DNA from: Octopus sinensis
Taxonomy: Eukaryota
Direction of reading: 5' to 3'
Length of the DNA stretch: 64,000 nucleotides
Assembly: GCF_006345805.1 (NCBI RefSeq)
Contig: NC_043006.1
Span: 62,372,001 to 62,436,000 of the forward strand
Shown here: positions 50,415-64,000 of the stretch, in pieces
How positions within the stretch are numbered: the first letter of the stretch is position 1
Layout of the letters: each line of letters starts with the position of its first letter
The notes under the pieces: generated by a model
The model's input: the letters and a program-made list of their open reading frames with translations, nothing else
What the model was told of the DNA's origin: nothing
The model's database searches: none
Position numbers and translations under genes: made by a program

Positions 50415-50715
50415 ATAGTAAATGGGTAGATATACCCTTCGGTCATGAATGACTATGGGATTACACTTAAAGTTTCCCCTCCGAGGCACAAGTACGGGCC
50501 AGGTTGTTTATGGAAGACCATCAGTCTCCCGTGCATACTAGCCTCCCCTCTCTACGCCACTGATGTTATCCAAGGGAAGGGCAAAAACCGATATACAGCT
50601 CATTTCTACATGTAAGTGAACTGGAGCAATGTGAAATAGTGTCTTGCTCAAGACCACAGCACACACACCGGTCCGAGAACCGAACTCACTACCTAACCAC
50701 AGAAACATGCACCTT
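50415..50715 (-). mobile_element. SINE family E-like
   Basis: GTGAAATAGTGTCTTGCTCAAG core-like segment and tRNA-like head. Confidence 0.7.
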
Positions 50716-51804
50716 GAAGAATATAATCGATGGAATGATCCCATTACTTATTTTAAGTTTGTTATTCATTCCTTTCTGTTTAACGCTTTATTGCACGTCC
50801 TCTAACATAATTAAGCCGACAGTCTCAAACGGGTATAGCGTACAATCCGACGCTATATTAGATGAAACTTGCCTAATTTGCCTCAAAATAAGCTTAAACC
50901 CGAAACACCTGTTTTTGAAGTAAAATTGTTAACACTCAATCATTCAAGAAAAGTTATGAAAGAAAAGTTAATATAAATTAAATATGAATTCAGTCGAATT
51001 GTGTATTGCAATTCTAACCAGTGGCCCACTAATTAGCTGCTAAGGAAGATCATCGTGATGTAGGTACAGCTAACAGCATTATTAATTGCTTCTAAGTGGA
51101 AGCAGATTTATGAAATATATATGGCTTGAGAATGGTAAAGCAAAGTTAGGATATAACTGAAATGTGAACACCGAGATATGGGGCAGTTTGTATAAATCAT
51201 CACTTGATAGGATTGCAATAATAATAGGAAATTGCAAGAAAAATTTCGTAAAATTATGTACAAGAAAAAAAGACTCAAAATAATTGGTTCATTCCATTGA
51301 GATTAATAGAGAAAGGTTATGAAACAGAAAATGAAAATCAATTGAAATAGAACGAGCAGAGAGACAAAGAGACAGAGTTCTTTTGTGCAGGTAAGGCTGG
51401 ATATAAATTAACCCCAGACACAAAAGAATCGAACAGAAAATTAGCAAAGGCGGAAGTAACTTAGAGCTTAGGCAAGTAAGAAAATAAACGAAGTGTGCAT
51501 GGGTAACAGGAATATGAACATTCCGGAAGATATTCTTGGTAGAAAGAAAAATCTAGTACAGCAGTGAATGAGAGAGAGAGAAAATAGAGAGGGAAGGATG
51601 TAAATGAGACGAAACGAGAGATTGAGAAGAAAAAAATATGAAAGAATGGCAACAGAGAAGAAAGGAAACATTATAGAAAAAGCAGAGAGGTAAAGACTCT
51701 CAGCAACAGACAATGTTAAGGTTTGTGCGTGTGTGCGTCTGTGTATATTTGTCTGTGTGTCTGCGTGTCTGTGTATACATACATTAATGTGTGTAAACAT
51801 ATAT

Positions 51805-52015
51805 GTATGTTAAGAAGCTTGCTTCCCAACCATATGGTTCTGGATTCCGTCCCACTGCATGGCACCTTGGGAAAGTGTCTTTTACTATAACTTCGTGCCG
51901 AACAAAAACCTTGTCATTGGATTTGGTAGACAGAAACTAAAAGAAGCCCGTCGTATATGTGTATATGTATATATGTTTGATATATATATATATGTATGAT
52001 ATATATATATGTATG

Positions 52016-52103
<88 letters not shown>

Positions 52104-52470
52104 ATACATATGTATGATATATATATATATATATACATATATATGTGTGTGTATGTATATGTATACGTATACATATATATATATATATATATATGTATGA
52201 TATATATATATATACATATATATATGTATGTATGTATACGTATACATATATATATGTATGTATGTATGTGTCTTTGCATCTGTGTTTCTCTCCCATCGCC
52301 GGTTAACAACTGGTGTTGGTATGTTTACGTCCCCGTGACATTGCGATTCGGCAAAAGAGCCCGATAAATACTTGCCTTAAAAAGTAAACCCTGGGTTTAA
52401 ATTGCTCGACTAAAATCTTTCAATGTGGTGTTTCAGATGGCCGCAGTCAAATGACCGAAATAACTAAAAG
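51805..52470 (+). mobile_element. SINE family A with expanded internal (TA)/(TG) tract
   Basis: Colinear with 11962-12420. Confidence 0.85.
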
Positions 52471-53726
52471 AATAGAAAGAATATATATATATATATAGAG
52501 AGAGAGAGGCAAGCAGTCAGAGAGATAGGTAGAATCTATAAGAATTTACACTATAATCGAAAACAAATTATAGGGTTAAATGAATTAGAAAATATCTCCA
52601 TAGAGATAGAAAGAAAACTCCCAGGAAACAATTAATGAATGTCACTCGATGACCCCACTGAATAGTTCCAAATATGGTTTCTAATCAAATAACATTGTCC
52701 ACACTCAATATATAACTATTTCATTCAGTAAACAGTAATATTATAGTGAATTCTATGATGGGAACTCGCCACGGACGTACGAAAATGATCACACTCAAAC
52801 TGATATGTTCGTAGAAGTGACTGGACAATATTCGGCTTACAACGGGTCATAGCGGATTCTCACGAAGGCTTGTTCTCTTCATTCTGAGAGTAAATCGACT
52901 CACGATGTGTGTTCTTTTGTAAAATCTTTAAATTAGTTTGCGAGTTTCTCACCATATATGTATACCCTGGACAAAAACAGATATATATTTTCTGTTTTCA
53001 ATAAAAATCAGATCTTCATTTTGTGCGACAACGTAATCACCCAAGGGAATCCAACATTCTTTCTGTGTTCCTAGTTTCACTTGCAGGGCTTGGATTTCTA
53101 CGGGTTAGTGATACAAGAAAAAAAAAACTTGGATTATCTAGTATTTGAATTTTTGCGCAGTGTCAATAAAGATTAAGTGAATTAACAGTCCGCAAAGAGC
53201 GCCACCGGAACAATTATATGTCAGTGACGTCAGTTTTGTGGAGGGCCATAAAAAATACCAAACACCTAATAACTATTAGTTTGGATGTTAAATGTCAACG
53301 ACAAATATTAAAAATAAAATGGTTGTAAAGTTTGATGTGCTATGCGATGACAGAGCTTACCACAATTCTTTCGTCAATAAACTATATATTCTTGAGAATG
53401 TACTTATTTACAAGCCCGAGAAAAATGTTCGTTATGAAGGCAATCCCTTAAAAGAAAATAGTATTTCGCCCGGCGTGCTAACGTTTCTGACAAGAAACCA
53501 TATACGTGTTAAATCAATGTATTTATAACGGTTCTAGCAATGTCGAAACAAGGATTACAAGCAATCTCTTAGCAATAATCTTTAAATAAATATTCAGGGC
53601 TCAGTTGTAAAATAATTTTGATTAAAAGCACCAATTCTACAAATCTGTTCTCCGAATCGTAAACTTTCATACACATACCTTAAAGAAGTCTTTTCCCCGA
53701 AGTATATTTGCTACTTCCTTGAATAA

Positions 53727-53759
<33 letters not shown>

Positions 53760-55449
53760 AGAACTCAAATATCACTAGTTATAAGCTTGGGATAGCATTT
53801 TCTTTCATTCTTTACTATACATTAGCCCTTTACAGAGAAATAAATGAACAGTTTGATAAATATTTTTATTCCCAGTATCAAATCAAACATTACGAGTAGT
53901 TTTCGATTATTCTATATAATAATATCGGAACTTATTGAGTTCACCAGATACGGCAATTTCTTCGGACTAGTATTTTAAACACCAGAGATTGCCATTTTAC
54001 AAAAGAGACTTTTTTCTTTAACACTAGTCTCCAATGATTCAGTTAAAATAAAATACATAACAAGTGATGGGCGATAGCATAGGGTCTCTTGGGTAAGGAA
54101 TAACCATGCTTCTTTGATAATGCCTGCTGCTATTGGAACCATGGCTGTGTCTACTTAGTTATTTCTGTTGTTTACTTTGTAAAACAAGTAGCTGCTAGCA
54201 CATCACCCTCTACCCACATTTTCCCATCCACATCTTTACTATATGGGGCCCTAACAAAATCCGATAATAGGTATAGATGCAAATGTATCTAGTTGTCCCC
54301 TCCTAAAAATTAGGTATAACTTGGGGATCGGTCGATTTACAACACCGTTCATCGTCTCGAGTTTACTTTGTAGAGTGTTTTTGTTGACAAGGACACGGTG
54401 AGCTCTGATTGGTTGTAAGCAAATGAGCTCACCCCTGGGGTCCGGAGCTCTCGTGGGGAGAAAAAACTTCGCGTCCCGGGCACAGAATTTTGACAATGCT
54501 GGTGCTTGTTTATTATTTTATTAAGGAAGCGAAGTTTAGTGTGTCATGTTGGCTAATGTTAACAGAGCGAGGCAGCAGGAATTGAATTGAATTGAATTGA
54601 ACGAGGTTAGGGAAGACACAGGCAAATATTTTGGAGAGGGCAAAGCGAAGAAACAAAAATGTATTATATAGAGAGAAATCAGTAATAAAGAGAAGCATTA
54701 ATATAGGAGGAAAGGAGTGAAAATAACTCAAGAAATGCAATTAGGTGTCACATGATGAACGTGGGTTCAAAGCTAAGAGAATGAATAAGAATTGTAAAAC
54801 AAGAAAAGAAAAGAAACAAAATGTGAACGATAGGGCTAATAATGAGTTAAATAAACATGCTGGAAGAGAAAAAATACATGACTGAAAAGTTTATACAAGA
54901 ATACCTAGAAGAGATTTCAGGTTTAGAGAGAAAATAGGAATGAACAGGATAGAGTAGAATATTTGTATAAGGCGCATAACCGTGCTAGAGATCAGATGAT
55001 TTCGAGAAGCCGTTTAGTATTGGAGTAATGAATATACCATGTCTTTATTGTTGAGTTCTGTAATTCCACGGTGAAGCCAAAACAACACATTTGGCAAACT
55101 ACTCGGTGAAGTGAAATTGCAATATACTTGTTTACTAAATTAAGGCAGTACTTTTAAGTAAGCAGTACTTTTAAGTAATCTTCTTCCGATTAATTAAAAT
55201 TAAAAAAAAAACTCCAAATGTTAAGTAGCCATGGCTTAATAAAGACATCCATTTTAATTCATATGACAAACTATTAAGAAACACGTGTATGACAATATAT
55301 ATGCATTTATGGTTTGTATTTACTTCGAGAAAAAATTGTTAAAATTTTGCTTTTATTAAGCTTTAATATTCGTGCGTTTTTATTAACTACTATATTTCGT
55401 TTATTCCGAATTGACGATATGAGGCAATGTTATTAATGTCAGATACACA

Positions 55450-55660
55450 GAAGAGTGATTCGTATTTGTTGACGTCAGGCGTATTTGGTGACGCAGTGGG
55501 GAGCGAATTTTGGTCAATCGTTTATGGTAACGTGGTGCTGTAAGAGTGTTGGTCATTCGTAGTGGTCGACTTGGTGGGGAGCGAGTGTTGGTCAATTGTG
55601 TAGATGATAGGATTGAGAGCAGTATTTGGTCGTGTAATTGGTGATATTCATTGGTCAGTC
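55450..55660. repeat. Degenerate minisatellite, core (G)AGTGTTGGTCA
   Basis: About 6-7 irregular units, e.g. gagtgttggtcattcg, gagtgttggtcaattg, gtggggagcga (twice). Confidence 0.6.
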
Positions 55661-57192
55661 TTATTCGGCCTCGGAGATGACATTGTGTTGGGCAATTGCA
55701 TTTTATAATTTGAGGGACAGTGTATTTTATCCGTCTAGCTTTAAGACTCAGAATTTTGTGCGTAATATTTTGCTGGGAGAATTTGGGATTGGAAGACGTA
55801 CAGAACGGTGAACACAGAAAATTGTTTCCTCATAACTCTGCTTCAGCAGTATTCACCTGGAGGCTACACAGAAGCTCATATTTATATTCAATCTAGCATT
55901 TTAATCATTTCTAATAACCAATGTAAATATTGAATGCACCGAATATTTCTAAATATTTTATCATCATACCTCTTTTACGAAAAGTAATTTTCTGGGAGCC
56001 TTATCGGAGAATTTAAGTTCTTTCCTAAATTTACAAAACCACTTCAAGTTCAATGGCGTTTATAATATTTGCATCACACACATATATTCATTTTCTTCAT
56101 AAGGAACACTTCACAATGTATTGTCAACAGAACAAGGGATAACAGTTAGTATTACGGAGGAGTACTAAAGAAGTGGGGAGAATACTACAAGACTCCGTTA
56201 TGATCAATGATAAAAGACAGATATAAACTAACCATAGCCATTAAAATCACCAAGGAGACATAGTATAGCGTAGATAATTATTATACACCATGTTTAACAA
56301 CAACTAAACGTAAAGGAAATGTAAGTAATATATTCATAGACTTCAGCTTTTTATTTCAACGTGTAATACTGTATTAACTTTACGTATCACAACAATCCCA
56401 GACGTCAAAGCTTTGATAAAATTATCTGGTCTTATTGCTCAAATACACAATAAAATCCTCTCAAGAAGGTATGTTAATACACTCTAGAAAATAAAACATT
56501 TTTTTAATTATCTTCTCAGACCACTGAACGTTTAGCTGTGTAATTCAAACTATCGATTTATTTGCCAAGTATATAAAGGAATTTTTTGTGTAGTCTTTGA
56601 AATCAGCCACTTTAATCTGAAAACTATTTTGAAAGCCGTTTCTGCACTCACGAAACCGATCAAATGATATGATATCCAGATATTAATTGTAGTCACGAGG
56701 GACGATTAGAACTAAACTTTGATGGCTATTATTATCTTTCTTTTTTCGTTTTGTCCAACGCTCTAAGCTAATTTCCTTCCAGAGCCAAAACTACTTCACA
56801 TGTTGCACTGCGATTGCTAAATATATATGAACGGTATAGTGGGTGTGACGCAACGGGTTACACAACTCTTCTGAAGAGCTGTGTTCTTGTACCACTACAT
56901 AACATTTTTTTTCTTGAGTGAAAACTCTTAGGAATATTATATTTTTGATTAACAAATTCTATTATCGGAGTAAAATATTTTCTTTGATTCCGGTAATTGA
57001 CTAGTAGCTGTTTCACAGACTCCCCAATACATAGAAACAAAGCCAATCTAAATTAGATTAGTTTCAGTGTGGTGACCAAATATCATCATTCTTTTCTTGT
57101 CGTATTTCATTGGGATCGTAATCATGAATAACCCTATTAGGCAAAAACGTAACGGAAGTTTGAATCAAACACACACACACACACACATATAT

Positions 57193-57250
<58 letters not shown>

Positions 57251-60200
57251 TATATCACATTTCTTTTATCACTAGCGTCTAGAGTGTGACTACTAAACCT
57301 CAGAATCATGAAAGATTAATGGCTCAGGTCACTATTTACGCGACTTGTTGTATGGTGATACGATATGAATTGAGTAAATATTATCTTCTTTCTACACTAC
57401 ATCGTATAAAAGCCATACACACAAACACAAGGACAAACACACGCCCACACATATACATATATGTGTATATATCTATATATATAAACCATATAACGAGAGA
57501 GAGAGTGGGGGAAAGTAACAGAGAGTGAGTCCCCATGTGATTTAATAAATCGTTTAATACATCCGGTATCATTACATCATCAAAGACAGATGTTTTAATA
57601 GACGAGACATTCTTAAATCGACGCAATTTACACGCATTTTCTTGTCCCCGGAGAGAACTTTTAAAGTAGGCTTCAACCGCATTTTAAATTTGATTTTAAG
57701 CGACTACAGTAATTATAAATATATTAAAGTACAGTTTGATATACTTAATTTAGTCAGCAAAATATAATTTTTAATCAACTAAAATTTCACATATTATGAG
57801 AAGCTCAATTATTGTTCAGGACAGTTTTTGAAGGAAATAATGAAACTACGAGAATTTAAATTATTACACGCTACTTACCACACAGCCACTTCTGTGCCTA
57901 TGCCACACAGCCACTCCTGCACCTATGTTTGATTTGTTGATTTCTTTAAACTACTCTCGTATTTTATATAACTATAAATTACACTCGTATTTACGTATAA
58001 ACTACACTTGTATTTACTACAAAATGTAGTATTTACTGATCATAATTTAGACAGAGAGAGAGAGAGAGTAATATGAAGCTAAGGAGTGTAGTTAGTTATT
58101 TTGTCGATCGCAAATGTATGAAAGGCAAAATTGACCTCAGTAACATTGGAACACAGAACTCAGATATAAAGCTAGATAGTTAGAACAAACATTACACAAC
58201 ATTTATCATCCGCCCATAAAAAAATCTACCCGTCCACAAACCTTTTAAGGTCTGACATTCAAACGAGAATATTAGTCGATTAAACTGATTGCAGTTTTGA
58301 GTGCTACATCATTTTATCATACCGCGGTGGTATTAAATGCAAAGTTTGCCGCGGTGTGATTTGAACTCAGAATGAAGTGTCGGCGCTATTACCACTATAT
58401 ATCTTCCAACATTTCTGTGATTCTGTCAACCCACCTTCCTACGTATGGCAGTAATACTGATTAAAACGGATCCACATAACCATAGATGTAGTGACAGGAT
58501 ACATGTAGATTTACGACTGTTGCAATTTGAATATATTATATTTCAACAAATGAAATGCTTGTGAGAAACTATGCAAAAGGTTGAATAGAAAACCAGTTTG
58601 TCTCTCATAAGTTATCAACTGTAACGACTTACCTATGAAATTATATTACCAACAAAATTTACCTTTGCTCCTGCAGACAATGTAGTTTGAGATGTTTTAA
58701 ATGTATCTCCGTTCTGTTTGGGTTACACACGAAAACACATTTTCATATTGCTCATTGAGTAGAAGACATTTCCGAGATGGATAAACCGTATGCACGGCCA
58801 TTAGCATGTTTAAAGAGAATCACGTTGAAAATGTAGCTAGGACTTCAAGGAGATTATTTTCTTTCATTTTAAACCACTTATCACAACTCGGAGTAATTAT
58901 AAATACACCTTGATCGGTAAAAATAAGTTTAATAATTGAGATATAATTGTGGTTTGATTTCCAGCCGAGGTGCTTCATATTCATCTCATAAGGACTAGTC
59001 ATTCAATAATATGGCTTAAAAGTTAACTTTACTAATAGGGGTACCGATTGTAAAGTTCCAACCAATCGTTATTGTTTGATTCACTGAAAGCAGAGAGTGA
59101 GCCATATAATACGAAATGTATTAATGATTTGTTGGGAAACAATAGTAATAGACGATATCATTGGTTTCCTTCAGAGCAGTTCAAAAGGCTTTATGAGAGG
59201 GTAATTCAATAACTTGACAATGATATCAAAATGATGATCTCGATGTCATTATCAGGGACAAGATTGTTGCTGAAAGGGAATAGCTAAAACAATGAAGCAA
59301 CATACAATTACCCGATCAGCTACAATGAGCTCTGAAATCTTCCTGATACCGTAGATTAGCCTCTTGAACGGAGACGTACAACACGTATAGGATTATACAG
59401 CCACAATGATTAATGGTTCATTGTTAAGAATGTACTGTATGACGTTATATACGTTACCAATCAGGACTAAGCGAAGCAAACAACGAAATCTATAAGGAGG
59501 CCAAATAGTTATTGAAATATTAATAATTAACCTGATCGACTGCAAACACTCAAAATTGACTGATATTCTTTCAGGGAAATTAATTCAAGTTCTGATTTAA
59601 TAACAACATCACACGCACAGAAACGCAAAAATTACACACGCACGCATATACATACAGGCGCATAACAAAAGTATACATGCGAAACTATTTTGTACATTAA
59701 GTAGTTCAAATTCAGATTAATGTTTACTTTTCATGTTGAGGCTCATATGTCTAAATGGTCGCTTACAACTACCAGCTTCTAGAAACTTAAAAGCATAATT
59801 TAATATGTTTCCACACAAACGTATGTATGTATTATACATACATAGCTAGCTTCTATTTAACTTGAAATTAGTAGTAGGTGTGTATCAGCTGTGTCAGATA
59901 TGTAGAAAGCACTGTGTTAAGCGAACTCGTTTAGCTATACCAAACTATCAGATGCCAATAAATTCAAATAGAATTAATATCGAAGTTAATTACTCACATA
60001 TGATAAGTAAATCCTACTATCGCCTAGAATGTTTTCAAGACATCTAGAGGTTTAGTAAAGTTAATCTTAAAAGGTACCGGGGAAAAAAAACCTTTAAAAC
60101 ATTTTTAAGCGTCTTAGTCTGTCCTTTCTATAGAAAATGAGTATAGAAGATTTTACTCTGGATTTCACTACAGGACCACAAACCATACCATATATACCGA

Positions 60201-60879
60201 ATGAATGCTTAAGGTATGTAAAGAAAAATTTTAATCATCCTAAAATCAAAACAAATTCTATCTTTAAAATTTATCAACACGTATTTCGAGGCTTTCTGCT
60301 AGTTAGTATGTATTTTCACAAAATGTAAAGCAAAATAACCACGCATTATGTGAAGCAGGGCATAAGAATAAAATGAACTACATCCAGAATCAGAATACTT
60401 ATAAAATTCTCGGCAGTGATAGGATATTAAATATGAGAGCATTGATAGAGAGTACAATAAGAATGATACAGCAAGCAATTTTACTTAAGTATGTAATAGC
60501 AAGTATAATAATACAAATATGATTGGTAAAGAGGGAGACTTGGAGATAAACATATTATTAATAAGCACAGATATTACTCTGAAGATAATAAAATCATAAT
60601 GGTTCTTTAGATATGAATAGATTTAAGCATAAGAATTATAGCAAATGAACATTTAATTTTGGAATTAAGAATTATAATCATGTTGATAACGTCATAATCA
60701 TGTTGATAAAGTCTGTGTAAATAATAGAAGGAATGACATCTGTTATAATGCATCATTCGCATCTTACATAACTACTAATATTCCTCATAAATTCTGTGTT
60801 GTGTAACTAAATATTTCCCACCTTCCATATGAACGGAATGTTATTTATTCGCCATGGAGTAAAATGTTCCAATCTAACC

Positions 60880-61600
60880 ACTAGAAATTTGACTGAAATT
60901 ATAGCAGCACATAACAAATGTAAAATTAAACAGTATTTCAACAGTATCTCAACTCAATATTGGTAAACACGAGTAGAACCGAAAGGGCTACTTGTGAGAT
61001 AAATTCTAATGATAATTTTCCTGAACTACTCTTTAATACGTTAGATTAAGACAATTCCAACTCTGAAACTGTTAGTACGTTTAAGATAACAACTGGTGCT
61101 AATATTACTTATAGTACTGCAAATAATCCTAGCTTAACGCCTAATTCTGAGAGGAGAATTAGTGCCGGTTGCTTTAACCATGAGTGCTACATAGGAGTCA
61201 ATAAACGCCTTTTAACTTTCAAAACAATTCAAAAGTTATGCGCGTTAGACAATCGGTATTTGAGAAAGATAATAGCATGTAAGGGGATCGTGGATATCAT
61301 TATATAGGTTCTTCTGGTACAATTTGGAAATTTAGATTTCATAGCCTTGTAAATTAAGAAGATAACTACGAATCTTAGTAAATGCATTAGGGATGTGAAA
61401 GACAGGAATTTAAACTAGGATATAAAGTGGTTCATTAATTACCCTTCCACATACATCAATGTCAATTTTAAATGCAATCTTTGCTTGAGGAAGTGTATTA
61501 TATGATTACTTTAAGATTATCGAAGTTAAATTTCAACTGTTTTTCATACTTTCTCTCTTCCTTGGGCAATGCCTAACAAAGCAGGCCGTTGGGAATCTTC
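60880..61600 (+). mobile_element. Old Penelope-like GIY-YIG remnant
   Basis: YIGSSGTIWKFRF (from 61301), TNLSKCI..VKDRN..IKW and KCNLCL peptides. Confidence 0.65.
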
Positions 61601-62009
61601 TTCTACCTCCGTTTAAACTCACCAGTTGAAACTTGGTGTTTTTGATGATGCAATCGATGGAATCGATTTATTAATCAATCAAACATGCTACTGAAACAGG
61701 TGATGTGAATGATAAAAATTCATTTGTGTAAACAATTTACGAAACACTAAACTTAGAACTATCTTTTTGTTAAATATATAACTTGCATCGGATCGTGGAC
61801 ATACGTATGTATCTGTGTATATGTAGGTGTGTGTTTTGTCTGCCTGTCTGTATGTGTATTTATATGTATATAAGAGTATTCGTTGTTGCATATAACTCAT
61901 AACGTAAACTCGAGTCTTTCATCGAGCTTGAATCTTGAAATCTATTTGCTAACGAAAGCTACAACTGATTGTATGTATGTACGTGTATGTATGTATGCAT
62001 GTATGTATT

Positions 62010-62135
62010 CTTTTATCATTTCATTCTTTTACGTGTTTCAGTCATTTGACTTCGGCAATGCTGGAGCAACGGCTTTAGTCGAACAAATCTACTACATGAC
62101 TTATTCTTTGTAAGCCTAGTAATATTCTATTAGTG
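62010..62135 (-). mobile_element. SINE family A 3' end
   Basis: TTTCAGTCATTTGAC..ATGCTGGAGCA..CTTTAGTCGA. Confidence 0.8.
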
Positions 62136-62284
62136 AATTGTGCCGTACAAACATCTGTTTGTCATTTCTTGACAAAAATATAACATGGCTTCCCTGACGT
62201 CAATACACATACATACTATGCACACATATAATGAATGTCATGGCGTGTAAATCAACACAAACTTATGTACACTATTTGTGACAT

Positions 62285-63140
62285 ATATACACACACATAG
62301 TCATAGAGAACTGACGAAAGAACTTCACGTTAGCGAGAAAACTGCCAACAACCATTTGAATGCGATCAGAAAATCGAAAAATCTCGACAAATCGATGCCA
62401 TCTGATCTGAATGAAAATCAGAGCATACGCAGATATGAAATTTGCTCTTCTTTTCTTCTCAGTAACTAGGCCGTTCCATTTCTCGATCGTATTGTAACTT
62501 GCGATGAGAAGTAGATTCTGTACAGTAACAAAAATGGTATTCGCAGTGGTTGCACCAAAATGAAGCACCAAAAAGCTTTCCTAAGCCCGAGCTCTTCAAA
62601 AAGAAGGTTATAGAGAATGTTTGGTGGTGAACTGCTAGACTCATCCACTATAACTTCTTAAAACCTGGAAAACCCTTTACTACAGAAACATATTGCCATG
62701 GAAGTACCAAAAGGAACGTAAACTCCTTAGGCCCAGACCGGTCAACTGAATTGGGTCAATCATTCTTCATGACAATGATCGACTACACGTTTTACTAATG
62801 ACACTCCAGACGGTGAGCAAACTTGGCTATGAAATTCTCCATCCAGCTTTTTCCCCTAACCCTAACCCTACCAACTACCACTTTTCCAAGCACCTTGATC
62901 GTTTCCTACGAAAGAAGGAGATAGAAAATCATCAAACCGATACTGAAAGGGCGTTCAAAGAATTCATCGACTCCGAACTCCATATTTTTATGTTACTGGA
63001 GTAAACAACTTCTAAATCTTTGCAAAATTGTGTTGATTGCAATGGAACTTACTTTGATGAATAGAATTTCCGCATTGTTGAAATATATTGTGAGGAATTA
63101 CATATTTCAAAACGTTGCTTACATTTTACTCAGCCTGATA
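62285..63140 (+). mobile_element. mariner (DD34D) transposase pseudogene fragment
   Basis: FLDRIVTCDEK, FPKPEL, ILHDN, KLGYEIL..FSP..PTNYHF..LDRFL peptides. Confidence 0.85.
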
Positions 63141-63239
63141 CATACATGCATATATACATACATACACACATACATACATACATACATACACACATGCAAA
63201 CTTAAAAAGAAAGAAATGACGCGAAGCGTAGCCTTCCTT

Positions 63240-63560
63240 GGACACTAGACCACTACATCACATCAAACTTTGAAGGCTATGCATTTGCAATCCAAGAACA
63301 GATTTCCACGAAGTACCTGGTTAACAAGAAAGGCACTGACGCTCTTATAATCCCAAGGTACAACTGCAAGTGTGGGCATTACGCACGTGATTAGCAGCTG
63401 TTCTAAGATGTCGTAACGTGACTATCTCCCTATGCGGCATCATGTTGTTGCTAAAACAATTTACAATGCCATCGGTAAAAGAAGACTGTCCTGAAATAAA
63501 CTTAGACAATCGCTCTGGTATGGAATACATTCATAAACAATAACTCAAGGAATACTAGTA
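63240..63560 (+). mobile_element. Old Dong/R4-like C-terminal remnant
   Basis: FEGYAFAIQEQ, ITHVISSC and YLPMRHHVVAKTIY peptides. Confidence 0.55.
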
Positions 63561-64000
63561 GAATATTGCCATCAGATATTTCGTTAACTCTAAACATAGC
63601 AGGCTGGGAATTGGTGTTTGGGACAGAGGGTAAAAGGTATGTACCGATACATAGGTTAGCTGCTCTGTGAATATAAATATATCTTTGAAAATCAATGAAA
63701 AAAAAATATCTATGGACAACTGCTTCGAAACTTCCAGCTTCTATATCCAGACTATGAATTCATATTCTTATCAATAATAATTGGAGCACTATGTATTGTT
63801 AGTAAAAGCACAAAGACGAATCTGAATAAACTGGGATTTTCAGGAAGAGAAAGTGACCAGCTAATCCGTACATTTCAAGTTCAATAGGGGAGTGGAACAT
63901 TTCTCAAGTTACAAATGTGAATTTGTCTGTGTTAACAACATCCCAAAGATGGAGCCTTGTATCTTTGTTGAAAAAGTGACTCCTTTCTCAGAGGAAGATT

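Noticed and set aside
53195-53232. GCGCCACC (partial CTCF-like) and TGACGTCA; other TGACGTCA at 55470 and about 62194
   Set aside because: Incomplete motif; 8-mers near chance frequency.
61640-61700. TTGATGA with AATCGAT/ATCGATT hairpin and GAAAC after the Penelope remnant
   Set aside because: Position is suggestive, but stems I-III cannot be built.

Overview
AT-rich, microsatellite-dense eukaryotic DNA. The SINE/LINE families resemble those of octopod cephalopods (inference from recognised repeat families; no database search was run). No convincing host protein-coding exon was found, so the window looks like a large intron or intergenic region, with only a few candidate small exons and one strong RFX X-box. 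Recognisable content is mostly decayed transposons: Dong/R4-clade LINEs chained by (AAT)n, Penelope-like elements (RT, GIY-YIG, pseudo-LTRs), RTE, CR1/L2-like LINEs, mariner and maT transposases, a Helitron-like fragment and several tRNA-derived SINEs. The main signal the ORF track misses is a dense set of type I hammerhead ribozyme (HHR) motifs from at least six unrelated sequence families. Two lie in 370-430 nt highly self-complementary units that look like retrozymes (20332-20703 with a 13-bp flanking direct repeat; 42440-42945 with terminal redundancy). One is caged in a perfect 56-bp palindrome (47263-47377). One family sits downstream of a tRNA-type Pol III promoter. All RNA structures were folded by eye and need computational and biochemical confirmation; whether they are undescribed could not be checked.
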